In this document: in pieces, positions 37,280 to 46,454 of the stretch
Layout of the letters: every line of letters starts with the position of its first letter
Position numbering within the stretch: the first letter of the stretch is position 1
Assembly: GCA_965208835.1 (NCBI GenBank)
Contig: OZ242358.1
Span: 2,688,001-2,752,000 of the forward strand
Direction of reading: 5' to 3'
DNA length: 64,000 nucleotides
Origin: Candidatus Latescibacterota bacterium
GTDB taxonomy: Bacteria > Latescibacterota > UBA2968 > GCA-2709665
Notes under the pieces: generated by a model
The model's database searches: none
Told to the model about the DNA's origin: nothing
What the model saw: only the letters and a program-made list of their open reading frames with translations
Program-made: the position numbers and the translations under genes

Positions 37280-38181
37280 TCCCGGTCTCCTTCCGCGTCG
37301 CCTTCCAGATCGGCATGGGCAAGATCCATTCCCGTCATCTTGAAAAACACATCCTCCAGACTGCCCCCCACGCAGCCTGCGCGGACCTTGAGTTCATCGA
37401 CCGTTCCCATGGCGATGAATTTCCCGTGATGGATGATCGAGACCCGGTTGCAAACCCGTTCCGCTTCGTCCATGTCGTGCGTCGTTAACAGAACGGTCGC
37501 TTCGTGGCGCTCTCGTATTCCCAACACGTAGTCCTGGACCTGTCGTTTCGACACCGGGTCCAGTCCCGTCGTCGGCTCGTCCATCAACAGCAGAACCGGT
37601 GAGGTCAGGAGTGCGCGGGCGACGGCCACTTTCTGCTGCATGCCGCGTGACAGATCTTCCACGGGCTGGTCCACCCGGTCTGCGCCAAAGCCCAGCTCGG
37701 CCAGAATCGCCGTGGCTCGACGTCGGCCCTCACGCACGGGAACTCCGTACAACCGGGCCGCGTAACTCAGGTTTTCCCACGCCGACAGCTTTTTGAAAAA
37801 GGCCGCGTCGACGGACACCCGATTGATACAACGCCGCACGCCCATCGCATCCCGTTCAACGTGCAGCCCGAATACATGGGCCTCGCCACTGTCCGGGAAG
37901 ACGAGGGTCGAGAGGATTCGAATCAGTGTCGACTTCCCTGAGCCATTCGGACCCAGAATTCCGAAAATCTCGCCTCGTTTCACCTCAAACCCGACCCGGT
38001 CCACGGCCAGGATTTCTCTTCGGCGCCGCCTGAATCGGTCGAAAAATCCGTTCCCCCGGGACCTCTCGTTATCGGGCACCCGGAAGACCTTGGTCAAATC
38101 CGTCGCCCGAACCGCTGGCGCGTCATAATCGATGTCCAACGCGGATTGCCCCTTCCCGGCGGCGACCGCCGCCTCTGCCAC
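37276..38181 (-). CDS. ABC exporter ATP-binding subunit
   Basis: GPNGSGKS, LSRGMQQK, MDEPTTGLD and TTHDM motifs. Start uncertain; GTG at 38181 chosen. Confidence 0.92.
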   Translation of the reverse strand: MAEAAVAAGKGQSALDIDYDAPAVRATDLTKVFRVPDNERSRGNGFFDRFRRRRREILAVDRVGFEVKRGEIFGILGPNGSGKSTLIRILSTLVFPDSGEAHVFGLHVERDAMGVRRCINRVSVDAAFFKKLSAWENLSYAARLYGVPVREGRRRATAILAELGFGADRVDQPVEDLSRGMQQKVAVARALLTSPVLLLMDEPTTGLDPVSKRQVQDYVLGIRERHEATVLLTTHDMDEAERVCNRVSIIHHGKFIAMGTVDELKVRAGCVGGSLEDVFFKMTGMDLAHADLEGDAEGDRE

Positions 38182-38268
38182 GATACACCCGCACCCACCC
38201 GGTGCGTGCCGGTATGCTCCGGAGTCCGAGACGGCACGAACCGGGAACGAGAGCGCCCGCGGTTGATG

Positions 38269-38307
38269 AAAAAAGAAAACAAAAAGGGATGCGCCTCTGC
38301 GCATCCT
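38269..38307 (-). terminator. Strong intrinsic terminator or attenuator upstream of the ABC ATPase gene
   Basis: GGATGCGC-AGAG-GCGCATCC followed by CTTTTTGTTTTCTTTTTT. Confidence 0.82.
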
Positions 38308-38498
38308 GGTATGGACCCACGTTACGTCGCCCGCAACATCCGAACCGCTCCGCATACGCCGTGCGAAGCCACGCTATTGCGGCGATACCGCCCATTCCCT
38401 CGGCAACCTCCGGCTGCGCCTCGTCGGCGACGCGACCCGGATACCCCGAATTCCAAGTTTGACCGTCTGGACTGCCGTCCTGAAACGCACTTCCGCGC

Positions 38499-38936
38499 TC
38501 AGCGTCCCTTCTGTCCATCGTAGGAATTGTGATCCGTGACTTGTGTAGATACCGGCAACCCCGAATCCCGCCATCCGGCGACCTCCACCATCCCGGTTCC
38601 GGGATTGACCTTTCCGCCGAAACCCCCGACGACATTTGCAATGTTCAGATATCCGGCCTTTTCCAGCATTTCCGCCGCGTACTGTGAACGCACACCCGAC
38701 TGGCAGCCGCAGTAAATTTTCGTCTCACGGTTCAGCACACGCTCCGCCACGGCCTGAAAATCAGGGTTGGGCATCATGCCGCCGGCCGGACTTTGAAAGG
38801 CGACCGGAATATTGACGGCGCCCTCGGGGTGGCCCGCTGCGAATTCAGCTTCGGTACGCACATCCAGGTAAACCGCGTCGGCTTCGGCGTCGAGTCCCGC
38901 CTTTGCATCGGATGCCGAAATCTGCTCAATTGCCAT
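38499..38936 (-). CDS. Rhodanese-like sulfurtransferase
   Basis: YLDVRTEAEF..GHPEGA.NIP, CQSGVRS active-site loop, and GW...GLP. Confidence 0.92.
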   Translation of the reverse strand: MAIEQISASDAKAGLDAEADAVYLDVRTEAEFAAGHPEGAVNIPVAFQSPAGGMMPNPDFQAVAERVLNRETKIYCGCQSGVRSQYAAEMLEKAGYLNIANVVGGFGGKVNPGTGMVEVAGWRDSGLPVSTQVTDHNSYDGQKGR

Positions 38937-39074
38937 GGACGAGTCCCTCCTCGTATCCGCCAGTCCATCACGCCAGCGTAGTCCATACAGACGTGCCACA
39001 TTCCTGAGTCGCGTCTTCAATAACACAGCAGATTGAACCGCGTTCGTAACACGGCGGTCGATTCCCGATCATCA

Positions 39075-39103
39075 AATATACGCCCTTGCACCCCACATTG
39101 CAA
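39075..39103 (-). promoter_or_regulatory. Putative sigma-70 promoter of the rhodanese gene
   Basis: TTGCAA-17 nt-TATATT. Confidence 0.55.
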
Positions 39104-39108
39104 GTCCT

Positions 39109-41022
39109 CTACTCTGAACTTTGCAATTCTCCCAGATTCACCTGGCAAATCTCGAATCCGGAGGCGAAATACAGCGTACGGTCAACGATCGTCAGGTACT
39201 CTCCACTCTCGTGAATCACGGGTATATACTCGACCTCATCGCCGCGGAATTCCAGATGACCGATCTTACCCCCGGCAGACGTCCACAACCGGCCTGCCGG
39301 CGCGTCCAACACCACCTCTCGACATCCCGGTGGTGCCGGGCCCAGATCCCGCAAATCGCCCTCCCGGGCATTCCAACCGTAGAATCTCCCCCGCTGCGAC
39401 GCAAGCACCTCTCCCGACGCCAGGACGACCAGCACCCTGGCGGCGCTTTCGCCGTCTGCAATGGGCTGCGATCGTGCGACCGTCAGACTGTCCATATCGA
39501 ATGACAGCAGGCGGCCGGTGGTCTGGGTGGGCGGCGTGGAGTTCGCGTCCGCGAAGATCTCGGTTCCGCAGTAGACCCGGCGGCGGTCCGGATCGACCTG
39601 AACCGAGTTCACCTTCTGGTCCTGCACGAGATGGCGCCAGACCAGGATCTCGCCTGTCTTCGGATCGATGCGGCTGAGCGCGCCGCCCAGATGTCCGTAT
39701 TCGGGGCTGGTAGTCATCCAGACGTACCGGCCGTCGTGCACCAGGCCCGTGGGTCTCATCTGGCCTTCGTGCTGCGCGCTGGCCAGCACGCGCGGGTTGT
39801 TGGGCCAGTCCGGCCTTGCTTCGGGATCGAATGCGGTCACACTGGAGGTTGTGTAGCTGCTCTGGAGGACCCGCCGGGTGATCGGCTCCCAGATAATCTG
39901 GTTGATCTGCCCTCCTCCCGGCGCCGCCCGCCCGAAATCCTCGCCGCCTCCGGTTTCCATGTCGACCATCCAGAACCGCTGATTGATGAACGGAGCGCCG
40001 AAGATCAATCCCCTTTCCGGCACGGGGCAAAGGGCGTGCGCGCTCATCGGGCCGGTACTTTCCAGGTCCATTCGGTCCGTGTTTCCCGTACCCGGATCGA
40101 ACCGGAGGGCGATGCCATTCAGGGACACGCCGCAGACGAAGCGCTCGCCCCAACGACGAATAGTTGCCGGTCCGCCTTCCGTCCAATCCGCCGCGGCAAC
40201 GCCCCATTCCGCCGCTTCGCGATCCAGAGTGTAGAGGTGACCATCTGACGCGCTGTAGGCGAAGAGCCTCCCGTTGACCACGCAGGCGCCGCTACCGACG
40301 TTACCACGCGCGGGACCCGGAATCCGCTCTTGCAGATCGAGGCCGGGATAAGACATAAAGTGAAGCTCGCCTCGTACAAATGCCGCCAATGTATGGTCGT
40401 CCCAGAAGAACGCGTCGGACGTCGAACCGACGCCCTGTATATTTTCCGGGGTATGGGACTCGGCGGTCATCGTTTGGGGGTCGAGCAGAACGAACCGCGC
40501 CTGCGGAATGTCTATTGCGAGGAGGATTCTCCCGTCCGGCGCCTCCATGACACGGTGTGCATAAAGGGCGGTCGGGTATTCCGCGTCGACGGGCCGAAAT
40601 ACCTTGACGAGCCGCGACTCCCGCCAGTCGTACACCCCCACGTCGCCAGGGGATGCCTCCCAGACCGCATACCTGTCCGTCACGCATCCGCCCCACGTAA
40701 TGGACTTCAATTCGCCGGTTACCAGAATTTTGAAGCGATCGGCAACAGGGTCGTACCGGACCAGGTCCCCGTTACCGCAGCCCAGATAGAGGCAACCGTC
40801 GGCTGCGGTTCTCAACATATAGGCGCCGGGTATTCCTTCGGGAAGACTCCGCAATCCCTTTGATCCGGAATCCGGATTCCAGAAATAAATCCTGCCCCCG
40901 GAACTACCGCCCCATACACTGCTGACCAGATGGTCTTCACCCTGAAACGAGACCTGCTCCACCTCGGCATTGATGAAGGGCAGCCTGCTGTGCGGTATGG
41001 CGTACCGTCTGATGGATGCCAT
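39109..41022 (-). CDS. Large hypothetical protein, probable tandem beta-propeller
   Basis: Recurrent units such as LVRYDP, LRFDPGTG, AFDP and RIDPKTG; AGGAG upstream of the ATG at 41022; no signal peptide evident. Confidence 0.75.
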   Translation of the reverse strand: MASIRRYAIPHSRLPFINAEVEQVSFQGEDHLVSSVWGGSSGGRIYFWNPDSGSKGLRSLPEGIPGAYMLRTAADGCLYLGCGNGDLVRYDPVADRFKILVTGELKSITWGGCVTDRYAVWEASPGDVGVYDWRESRLVKVFRPVDAEYPTALYAHRVMEAPDGRILLAIDIPQARFVLLDPQTMTAESHTPENIQGVGSTSDAFFWDDHTLAAFVRGELHFMSYPGLDLQERIPGPARGNVGSGACVVNGRLFAYSASDGHLYTLDREAAEWGVAAADWTEGGPATIRRWGERFVCGVSLNGIALRFDPGTGNTDRMDLESTGPMSAHALCPVPERGLIFGAPFINQRFWMVDMETGGGEDFGRAAPGGGQINQIIWEPITRRVLQSSYTTSSVTAFDPEARPDWPNNPRVLASAQHEGQMRPTGLVHDGRYVWMTTSPEYGHLGGALSRIDPKTGEILVWRHLVQDQKVNSVQVDPDRRRVYCGTEIFADANSTPPTQTTGRLLSFDMDSLTVARSQPIADGESAARVLVVLASGEVLASQRGRFYGWNAREGDLRDLGPAPPGCREVVLDAPAGRLWTSAGGKIGHLEFRGDEVEYIPVIHESGEYLTIVDRTLYFASGFEICQVNLGELQSSE

Positions 41023-41151
41023 TTCCACTCCTGTCATCCGGATCGCGCTGGTAAGTTCTTCAATGAAATCTCCAGCGTCGACCCGAATAGATTCAATGTC
41101 TATAAATTTAATTTACTGTGACACCGTAATATACCACGAATTAATCATGTT

Positions 41152-41769
41152 TTACTCTATATATCTGCGAACCTCGATAACCTTTCCCAGGATCGAAAAC
41201 GGATCTCCGTCTTCACGAGGAATAATGGATTCGAAGGCTTCGTTTTCCGGGTGCAGTTCGATGCGGCCGCTCTTCTCCCGGTATCTCTTGACCGTCGCCT
41301 CCTCGCCCACCATGGCGACGACGATATCTCCCGGCCTTGCAGCCTGCTGTCGACGAACAATCACGGTGTCGCCGTGCAGGATGCCCGCCCTGAGCATACT
41401 GTCCCCCTGTACCGTGAGGGCGAAGAGTTCCGCGCCGTCGTATCGGGTCTGCTGGACCGGGAGGTAGTCATCCGGATTCTGAATGGCCGCAGTCAGGTCT
41501 CCGGCCTGGACCCGCCCCAGCACGGGTATCTGATGAGAGGAACGCGCGCTGCCCATCTTCGGCAGCCGGTGCGATCTCGCCTTTCCGGACTCTTTGACCA
41601 GCCTGCCCTCCAGTACCAACGCCTCCAGGTGTTGCCGGGCCGACTGCACCGCCCGGAATCCGAACGCCTTCTGCACCTCCCGCGTGCTGGGCGGGGTTCC
41701 ATTCAGGATCCGCTCCCTTACAAACTCATAGATTTTCTCACGCGTCTGCCCGGGCGGCGTATAGGCCAT
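41152..41769 (-). CDS. lexA: LexA repressor
   Basis: N-terminal wHTH (PPSTREV), Ala-Gly cleavage site in GRVQAG, catalytic Ser in GDSM, catalytic Lys in EATVK, and LHPEN. Confidence 0.93.
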   Translation of the reverse strand: MAYTPPGQTREKIYEFVRERILNGTPPSTREVQKAFGFRAVQSARQHLEALVLEGRLVKESGKARSHRLPKMGSARSSHQIPVLGRVQAGDLTAAIQNPDDYLPVQQTRYDGAELFALTVQGDSMLRAGILHGDTVIVRRQQAARPGDIVVAMVGEEATVKRYREKSGRIELHPENEAFESIIPREDGDPFSILGKVIEVRRYIE

Positions 41770-41829
41770 CTTTCACTCCTGGACTCGATCCATTGCAATT
41801 TGCTGACGGCCGGAACGAATTAATAAAAA

Positions 41830-41853
41830 ACAGACAAATATCTGTCTTGTCAA
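41830..41853 (-). promoter_or_regulatory. Candidate LexA operator next to a -35 box
   Basis: Dyad ACAGACAAATATCTGT(CT) immediately downstream of a minus-strand TTGACA (41848-41853). Confidence 0.55.
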
Positions 41854-41969
41854 GCGGATTCTTGCGAATTGGACGATCCGGAAGGCTATTGATTCACATG
41901 GATGGACAGGATTCAGAGCATTGTTGTCGAATTCGAGAAGATGGGTCGGATATTACTCTGTTCCCGCCG

Positions 41970-42311
41970 CTAACGTCCTTCGTTAAGTGGAGCGGAGAGT
42001 CTAACTTCGAAATTTCGATCAAGCTTTTCTTGAAGAACACAAAGGATGCCAGTAAGGTTATCCATCGTAGGATTACCCTTCTTCGATAACATTCGATGGA
42101 TGCTCTTGCTGGGCTTGTCGAGCTTTTTTGCCAGAAATTCGAAGCCGATCGTCGAATTTACGAGTTCACGAAGTACAAGACGGGCAGTCTCGGAATCCCC
42201 GCTTAGAAATAACGAGACCGCTTCATTCATCAGAGACGCGGCAAAATCCGGATCTCTTTCCGCCCTCGCTCTGACTGTTTGCTTGTAGTCGCGTGTCAGC
42301 GGCATATTCAT
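41970..42311 (-). CDS. HTH antitoxin (addiction module antidote, HigA-like)
   Basis: MPLTRDYKQTV..RAERDPDFA, IGFE.LA and KSIHRMLS..GNP; ATGA overlap with the toxin. Confidence 0.88.
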   Translation of the reverse strand: MNMPLTRDYKQTVRARAERDPDFAASLMNEAVSLFLSGDSETARLVLRELVNSTIGFEFLAKKLDKPSKSIHRMLSKKGNPTMDNLTGILCVLQEKLDRNFEVRLSAPLNEGR

Positions 42312-42619
42312 CTCCTCGATCTGTATTCGGTTGTCATCTCCTTGGCTCTCGCAATATCCCTCTGTTGTCGTTTTTTCGTGCCGCCTCCCAGCAATACGAT
42401 AACGTCGTCACCATCCCGGAGTAAATAGATTCGATATCCCGGTCCCCAATCGATCCTGAATTCTCCAAGCCCGGAGAACCAACGGATACTTGAAGTATTC
42501 CCCTGCTCAATCCGGGCCAATGCAATCGAGACTTTCGCTGCTGCCTGATAGTTCAGACGATCGAACCATATTTTGAACGGCGCTGTGCCATCTTTTCGAA
42601 TGTATTCCCGAACCCGCAT
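42308..42619 (-). CDS. RelE/ParE-superfamily toxin (addiction module killer, HigB-like)
   Basis: EFRIDWGPGYRIY and LLGGGTKKRQQRDI motifs. Confidence 0.92.
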   Translation of the reverse strand: MRVREYIRKDGTAPFKIWFDRLNYQAAAKVSIALARIEQGNTSSIRWFSGLGEFRIDWGPGYRIYLLRDGDDVIVLLGGGTKKRQQRDIARAKEMTTEYRSRR

Positions 42620-42625
42620 GGATCA

Positions 42626-42654
42626 ATGGTAACCTAAATGGTACCATTTGTCAA
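42626..42654 (-). promoter_or_regulatory. Promoter/operator of the toxin-first TA operon, probably leaderless
   Basis: TTGACA-17 nt-TACCAT ending 6 nt before the ATG; no Shine-Dalgarno; dyad AATGGTA...TACCATT overlaps the promoter. Confidence 0.72.
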
Positions 42655-42858
42655 TAATAGTTGTAACAATAAACAGGAAACAACGGGATAATCATCGAAT
42701 CGCCGGTCCATTCCAGGCATGACACCTGAATATCCATCGACGGATTCGGTATTCATTTGCTGCCCTGCGGCGCCTTCGATCAGACCGTAATCGTCCTCCT
42801 GGTTTTCCCGGCCACCGGTAATCTGCCCCGCCGCGAATCGTCCTTCCAGACGGTTCAT
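42634..42858 (-). pseudogene. N-terminal remnant of a PP2C-family phosphatase
   Basis: GGAGG then MNRLEGRFAAGQITGGRENQEDDYG (PP2C motif 1, RxxxED). The ADGMGG motif never follows and the frame runs into AT-rich TA promoter DNA. Confidence 0.6.
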
Positions 42859-42925
42859 GTCATTCCTCCGCGACCGCGCGAGACCGCTGACGTGTCATCG
42901 AGGGTTGACGTAAACCCAATCGCCA

Positions 42926-44791
42926 CTATTCAAATATCCACGTGCCGAAGTTTTCGAACTCCACGCCACGGTTGTAGCGGGTCTCCGACCACGTGCTGAA
43001 CTCGTGCACGCCGGTCGCGGGGCGTCGGTGGGTCCACCTGTGCAGGTTTCCCGTAAGACGGTCGCCCGGCTTCGGCGAGGCCATACCCAGCGTCCGCCAG
43101 GGAATAGCGAATTCAGCCGACCAGGAATCCGCTTCCTTCCGGGTAGCCGTTCGATATTCCCCCGACCACGTGGAATCACGACCGTAGACCTCCCGTCCGG
43201 TGGCAATATCGCTGCCGTGTTCACTTCGCCCCGTCCCGGTCCGTGAGTCCCAGCGCGCATTCGCGAGATCCAACCGGATATGAAAGTAGGCCGTCATCCC
43301 CTCGTCGGCGGCGACGGCCACCTCCACCTGATCGGCCCGCCCGCCCAGATCAGTGAACATTGTGGCGTGGGTCTTTTCCATCTCGGATTCATTGCACCGG
43401 AATGCAACGTAGAGCGCCGTATCATCGTACATCATGAGCGCTTCGGTTACCGTCTCCAGTTCTTTCACGCGTGCCGCGACGTAGTTGATGAAGGACTCCG
43501 AAGACCCCGCCTCTTTCCAAGCTGCGTCGGTCAATTCCCCGTCAATGTCGGGCGCAGCACCGCGCAGGCGGGGAACATGCAACGTCTTCGGTTGAATCGG
43601 CCGTTCCTCGGCTCTTGTCTTCCCCAGGTGGCCCTTCCGGGCAATCCCGTCGACGTCGAAACCCAGAGGCCTTCCCCGCGCGACTTTCTCCTTTGCAGAC
43701 CTGAGGGCGCTCTCCAGATAGCCGGGCAGGTTCCGTCCATTCCACCAGTCCATGCGTTCGCTGTAGAACCACACGTACCGGTCACTGCTCTTGAGCGCCC
43801 AGTAAGCATTGTGTTCCACCCAAAGCGCCCGTTCCTCCGGCGTGACATAGGTCGCTTCGGTATGGGTGGCCATGGTGCCGCAAAGATAGTCCCCGTAAAC
43901 GGCGTGCCCCGCCTGAACCTGCCGGCGGTACTTGCCGCGAAGCTCCGGGGGAATCAAAGCCTGGCCCGTCTGGTGGATGTTGTGATAGGTCCGGAAATAA
44001 TGCAGTTCGTTGTTGTTGTAATAAGAGTGCTCGTCCCCGTCCACGATTATGGTTCCCGGGCCGGCGGCCTCGAGCATGCCCGTCATGAACGCGGGCAGGA
44101 GGCCATAGTAGTCGGACTTGAGGATGGCTTCGCGCCTGGACGGGTCGGTCTCCAGCGCGGCCTCCTGAAAACGACGCATCGACGTCCAGAAGAGGGTGAG
44201 AATCACCGGATCGGTGAATTCCTCCTGGATCCGGTCCATATACTGCGCACCCCGTTTCCGCACAATCCGCTCGTACTCGGCGAAGCTCTTCTCCTCCCTG
44301 TGCTTCTGCCATTCATATTTCCACGCACAATACGGACGTCCCCAGTAGACGAACTCCGGATCGAAAGCAAGACCGACGCAGCCTCCCACCCGCGCGGCCT
44401 TCGCGCACCAGCCGATATTTCGCAGGAACGGGCTGTTCTCGCCCCACAGCGAATCGTCGAACCAGTCCACGTTGTCGTCGCAGTGGAAGTAGATGAAATT
44501 GTCGGTGAATTTCCGCCACTGGATTCTTCCCATTGCTTCGATCTCCGTCTCGGCGTCCGCTTCGTCCAGGTCCACCATGTAGAACGTATGGCCGAAGGTC
44601 GGGCGGATAAAGATCCCGTCGAAAGGGCGTTCCTCCATCTCCCGGATATGCTCCACCACATAGCTCGGCGGCCTCAGGTCCCACCCCATCTTGACCAGCT
44701 TCTTCGGAACGGTCCCGGAGTAACCCGTGAGCGGCATCGTGACCAACAGCACGCATATCAGCGAGCATACGAAAACCGTCCACTGTAACAT
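42926..44791 (-). CDS. Secreted hypothetical protein with C-terminal CBM9/DOMON-like sugar-binding domain
   Basis: Signal peptide; N-domain KKLVKMGWD...PFDGI and FDPE; C-domain APDIDGELTDAAW, YDDTALYVAF and WSAEFAIPW. Confidence 0.8.
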   Translation of the reverse strand: MLQWTVFVCSLICVLLVTMPLTGYSGTVPKKLVKMGWDLRPPSYVVEHIREMEERPFDGIFIRPTFGHTFYMVDLDEADAETEIEAMGRIQWRKFTDNFIYFHCDDNVDWFDDSLWGENSPFLRNIGWCAKAARVGGCVGLAFDPEFVYWGRPYCAWKYEWQKHREEKSFAEYERIVRKRGAQYMDRIQEEFTDPVILTLFWTSMRRFQEAALETDPSRREAILKSDYYGLLPAFMTGMLEAAGPGTIIVDGDEHSYYNNNELHYFRTYHNIHQTGQALIPPELRGKYRRQVQAGHAVYGDYLCGTMATHTEATYVTPEERALWVEHNAYWALKSSDRYVWFYSERMDWWNGRNLPGYLESALRSAKEKVARGRPLGFDVDGIARKGHLGKTRAEERPIQPKTLHVPRLRGAAPDIDGELTDAAWKEAGSSESFINYVAARVKELETVTEALMMYDDTALYVAFRCNESEMEKTHATMFTDLGGRADQVEVAVAADEGMTAYFHIRLDLANARWDSRTGTGRSEHGSDIATGREVYGRDSTWSGEYRTATRKEADSWSAEFAIPWRTLGMASPKPGDRLTGNLHRWTHRRPATGVHEFSTWSETRYNRGVEFENFGTWIFE

Positions 44792-45018
44792 GTCGCGACC
44801 CCTTGTCTGGGCTTCAGGTCTATACCGGATGGCCACGTATCGCGCTGTGACAGCTGTTTCACGGCCGGCCAACGGTATTCCGATTCGAAATAGGCCATCC
44901 CGTCCAGATCGGCGTCAGGGCTGTGAAAGACGATATTGTCCGGTTGCGACGTCAACTCCCAGAGCATGGCCAACCCTTCCGTGGCCAGGAAGTTCTCATT
45001 GCAAATGTCGTTGTTCAT
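44758..45018 (-). CDS. Possible small hypothetical protein or gene remnant
   Basis: GGAG upstream of the ATG and non-shadow amino acid composition; overlaps the start of the next gene. Confidence 0.3.
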   Translation of the reverse strand: MNNDICNENFLATEGLAMLWELTSQPDNIVFHSPDADLDGMAYFESEYRWPAVKQLSQRDTWPSGIDLKPRQGVATCYSGRFSYAR

Positions 45019-45105
45019 ATCCCGCTCCGTCTTTCATTCTGCGTTCGCCCGCGTTGCGAGTTCGACGACGCGCCGTCTATTTCAATATATGCGCAGATAT
45101 TCACG

Positions 45106-45141
45106 AAACAAGGGTTTACGCCAGATCGGCATAAACCCTTG
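45106..45141 (-). terminator. Hairpin terminator after tRNA-Pro(CGG)
   Basis: CAAGGGTTTATGCC...GGCGTAAACCCTTG followed by TTT. Confidence 0.65.
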
Positions 45142-45147
45142 AAATAG

Positions 45148-45224
45148 TGGTCGGGGCGCCCGGATTCGAACCGGGGGCCTCCTGCTCCCGAAGCAGGCGC
45201 TCTACCGGACTGAGCCACGCCCCG
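45148..45224 (-). tRNA. tRNA-Pro (CGG)
   Basis: CGGGGCGTGGCTCAGTCCGGTAGAGCG CCTGC TT CGG GA GCAGG ... GGTTCGAATCC GGGCGCCCCGA CCA. Confidence 0.97.
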
Positions 45225-45359
45225 AATTCGACTCCTAAAATACAAGAAACCGTACCGGTGGCAAGGAAAATCTCCGAATTGGCAAACGCAGAGCGCTCGG
45301 TCCGGAAGTCGTCGCCCGCGACATCTCCGGGCGGAACCCAAAAGCGCCGCGGCTGTCTT

Positions 45360-46289
45360 TCAACGGCGGCTTTCAGATAGCCGCTCCAGCACAACCACCA
45401 TTGCGAAACCCGTTGCCGCCAGCCCGATGGCGGCGGCCAGATCCCCGTCGAACATCCGGGGCAGCACGTTGATTTGCATTAGCGGGACCTCGGCGCCACA
45501 CGATTCGAGAGGCGACGATACGTCCGTTTTCCACGGCCAGACTTTCCTTAAGGAACCGGCCATTAACCCGGTCAACGCGGCTACGGTAACGTCGTGGTGC
45601 CGTTTGAAAATCCATGCCAGAACCCGCGCAAAACTGAGGATCCCGACGGCGGCGCCCGAGGCGAACAGGAAGATGGGGAAAAGCTCCCGGTCGTTCAATG
45701 CCGCCAGGAGATACTCGTACTTGCCCAGCAGCACCAGAATAAACGAACCGGAGATACCCGGCAGAATCATCGCCGATATGGCAACGACGCCGCAGATGAA
45801 AAGGAACCAGGGCGAATCCGGCGTCTTCACCGGCACGAGGCCGACGACAACATAGAACAGCAATCCTGAAGCGACCGCAGCGATCCAGGCGCGACCGCGC
45901 CATGCGACCACCCGTTTCCGAACGACGAAGACGGACGCCGCAACCAGTCCGAAGAAAAACGCCCAGATCAATTCCGGTTCATGTTGGAGCATCCACTGAA
46001 TACCACGCGCCAGTGTCGCCACAGCCAGCAGAATGCCCCCGAGAACGGGTCCCAGAAACCGCCACGGAACCCTGTTCAGCGCCTCCCTGAATCTGAGGAC
46101 CACCAGCAATCCGGCGAAGCGGCGATCGAAGGAACGGATGGAATGGATCAGTTCCTCATAGATTCCCGTAACGAATGCGATTGTGCCGCCGGATACGCCG
46201 GGAACCACGTCCGCCGCGCCCATGCAGGCACCGCGCAGGCCGAGGCCCGCGTACGCCTTCCAACCCCGCCGCACGATTTCAGGCTCCAT
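45360..46289 (-). CDS. DUF368 membrane protein (undecaprenyl-phosphate translocase family)
   Basis: MGAADVVPGVSGGTIA, AMILPGISGS and GSLRKVWPW motifs. Start approximate. Confidence 0.93.
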   Translation of the reverse strand: MEPEIVRRGWKAYAGLGLRGACMGAADVVPGVSGGTIAFVTGIYEELIHSIRSFDRRFAGLLVVLRFREALNRVPWRFLGPVLGGILLAVATLARGIQWMLQHEPELIWAFFFGLVAASVFVVRKRVVAWRGRAWIAAVASGLLFYVVVGLVPVKTPDSPWFLFICGVVAISAMILPGISGSFILVLLGKYEYLLAALNDRELFPIFLFASGAAVGILSFARVLAWIFKRHHDVTVAALTGLMAGSLRKVWPWKTDVSSPLESCGAEVPLMQINVLPRMFDGDLAAAIGLAATGFAMVVVLERLSESRR

Positions 46290-46411
46290 TTCCGCCACGC
46301 ATTCCCGATCTCGGAATAATTCGGTGGCAACGTTGCGGCGACCGGCGGTGTCGAAACCCGTGCCGCCCGCTTCGCCAACGGAACGGGCGCGACCATGTGG
46401 ACCGCCACTCG

Positions 46412-46449
46412 AAAAACAGGGACTCACGATCCACGTCGTAAGTCCCTGT
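46412..46449 (-). terminator. Hairpin terminator after tRNA-Pro(GGG)
   Basis: ACAGGGACTTACGA...TCGTGAGTCCCTGT followed by TTTT. Confidence 0.72.
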
Positions 46450-46454
46450 CAGTA

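Noticed and set aside
41891-41912. GATTCACATGGATGGACAGGAT, resembling short GGAT-rich dispersed repeats
   Set aside because: Only one copy seen in the window, so it cannot be supported without a genome-wide search.
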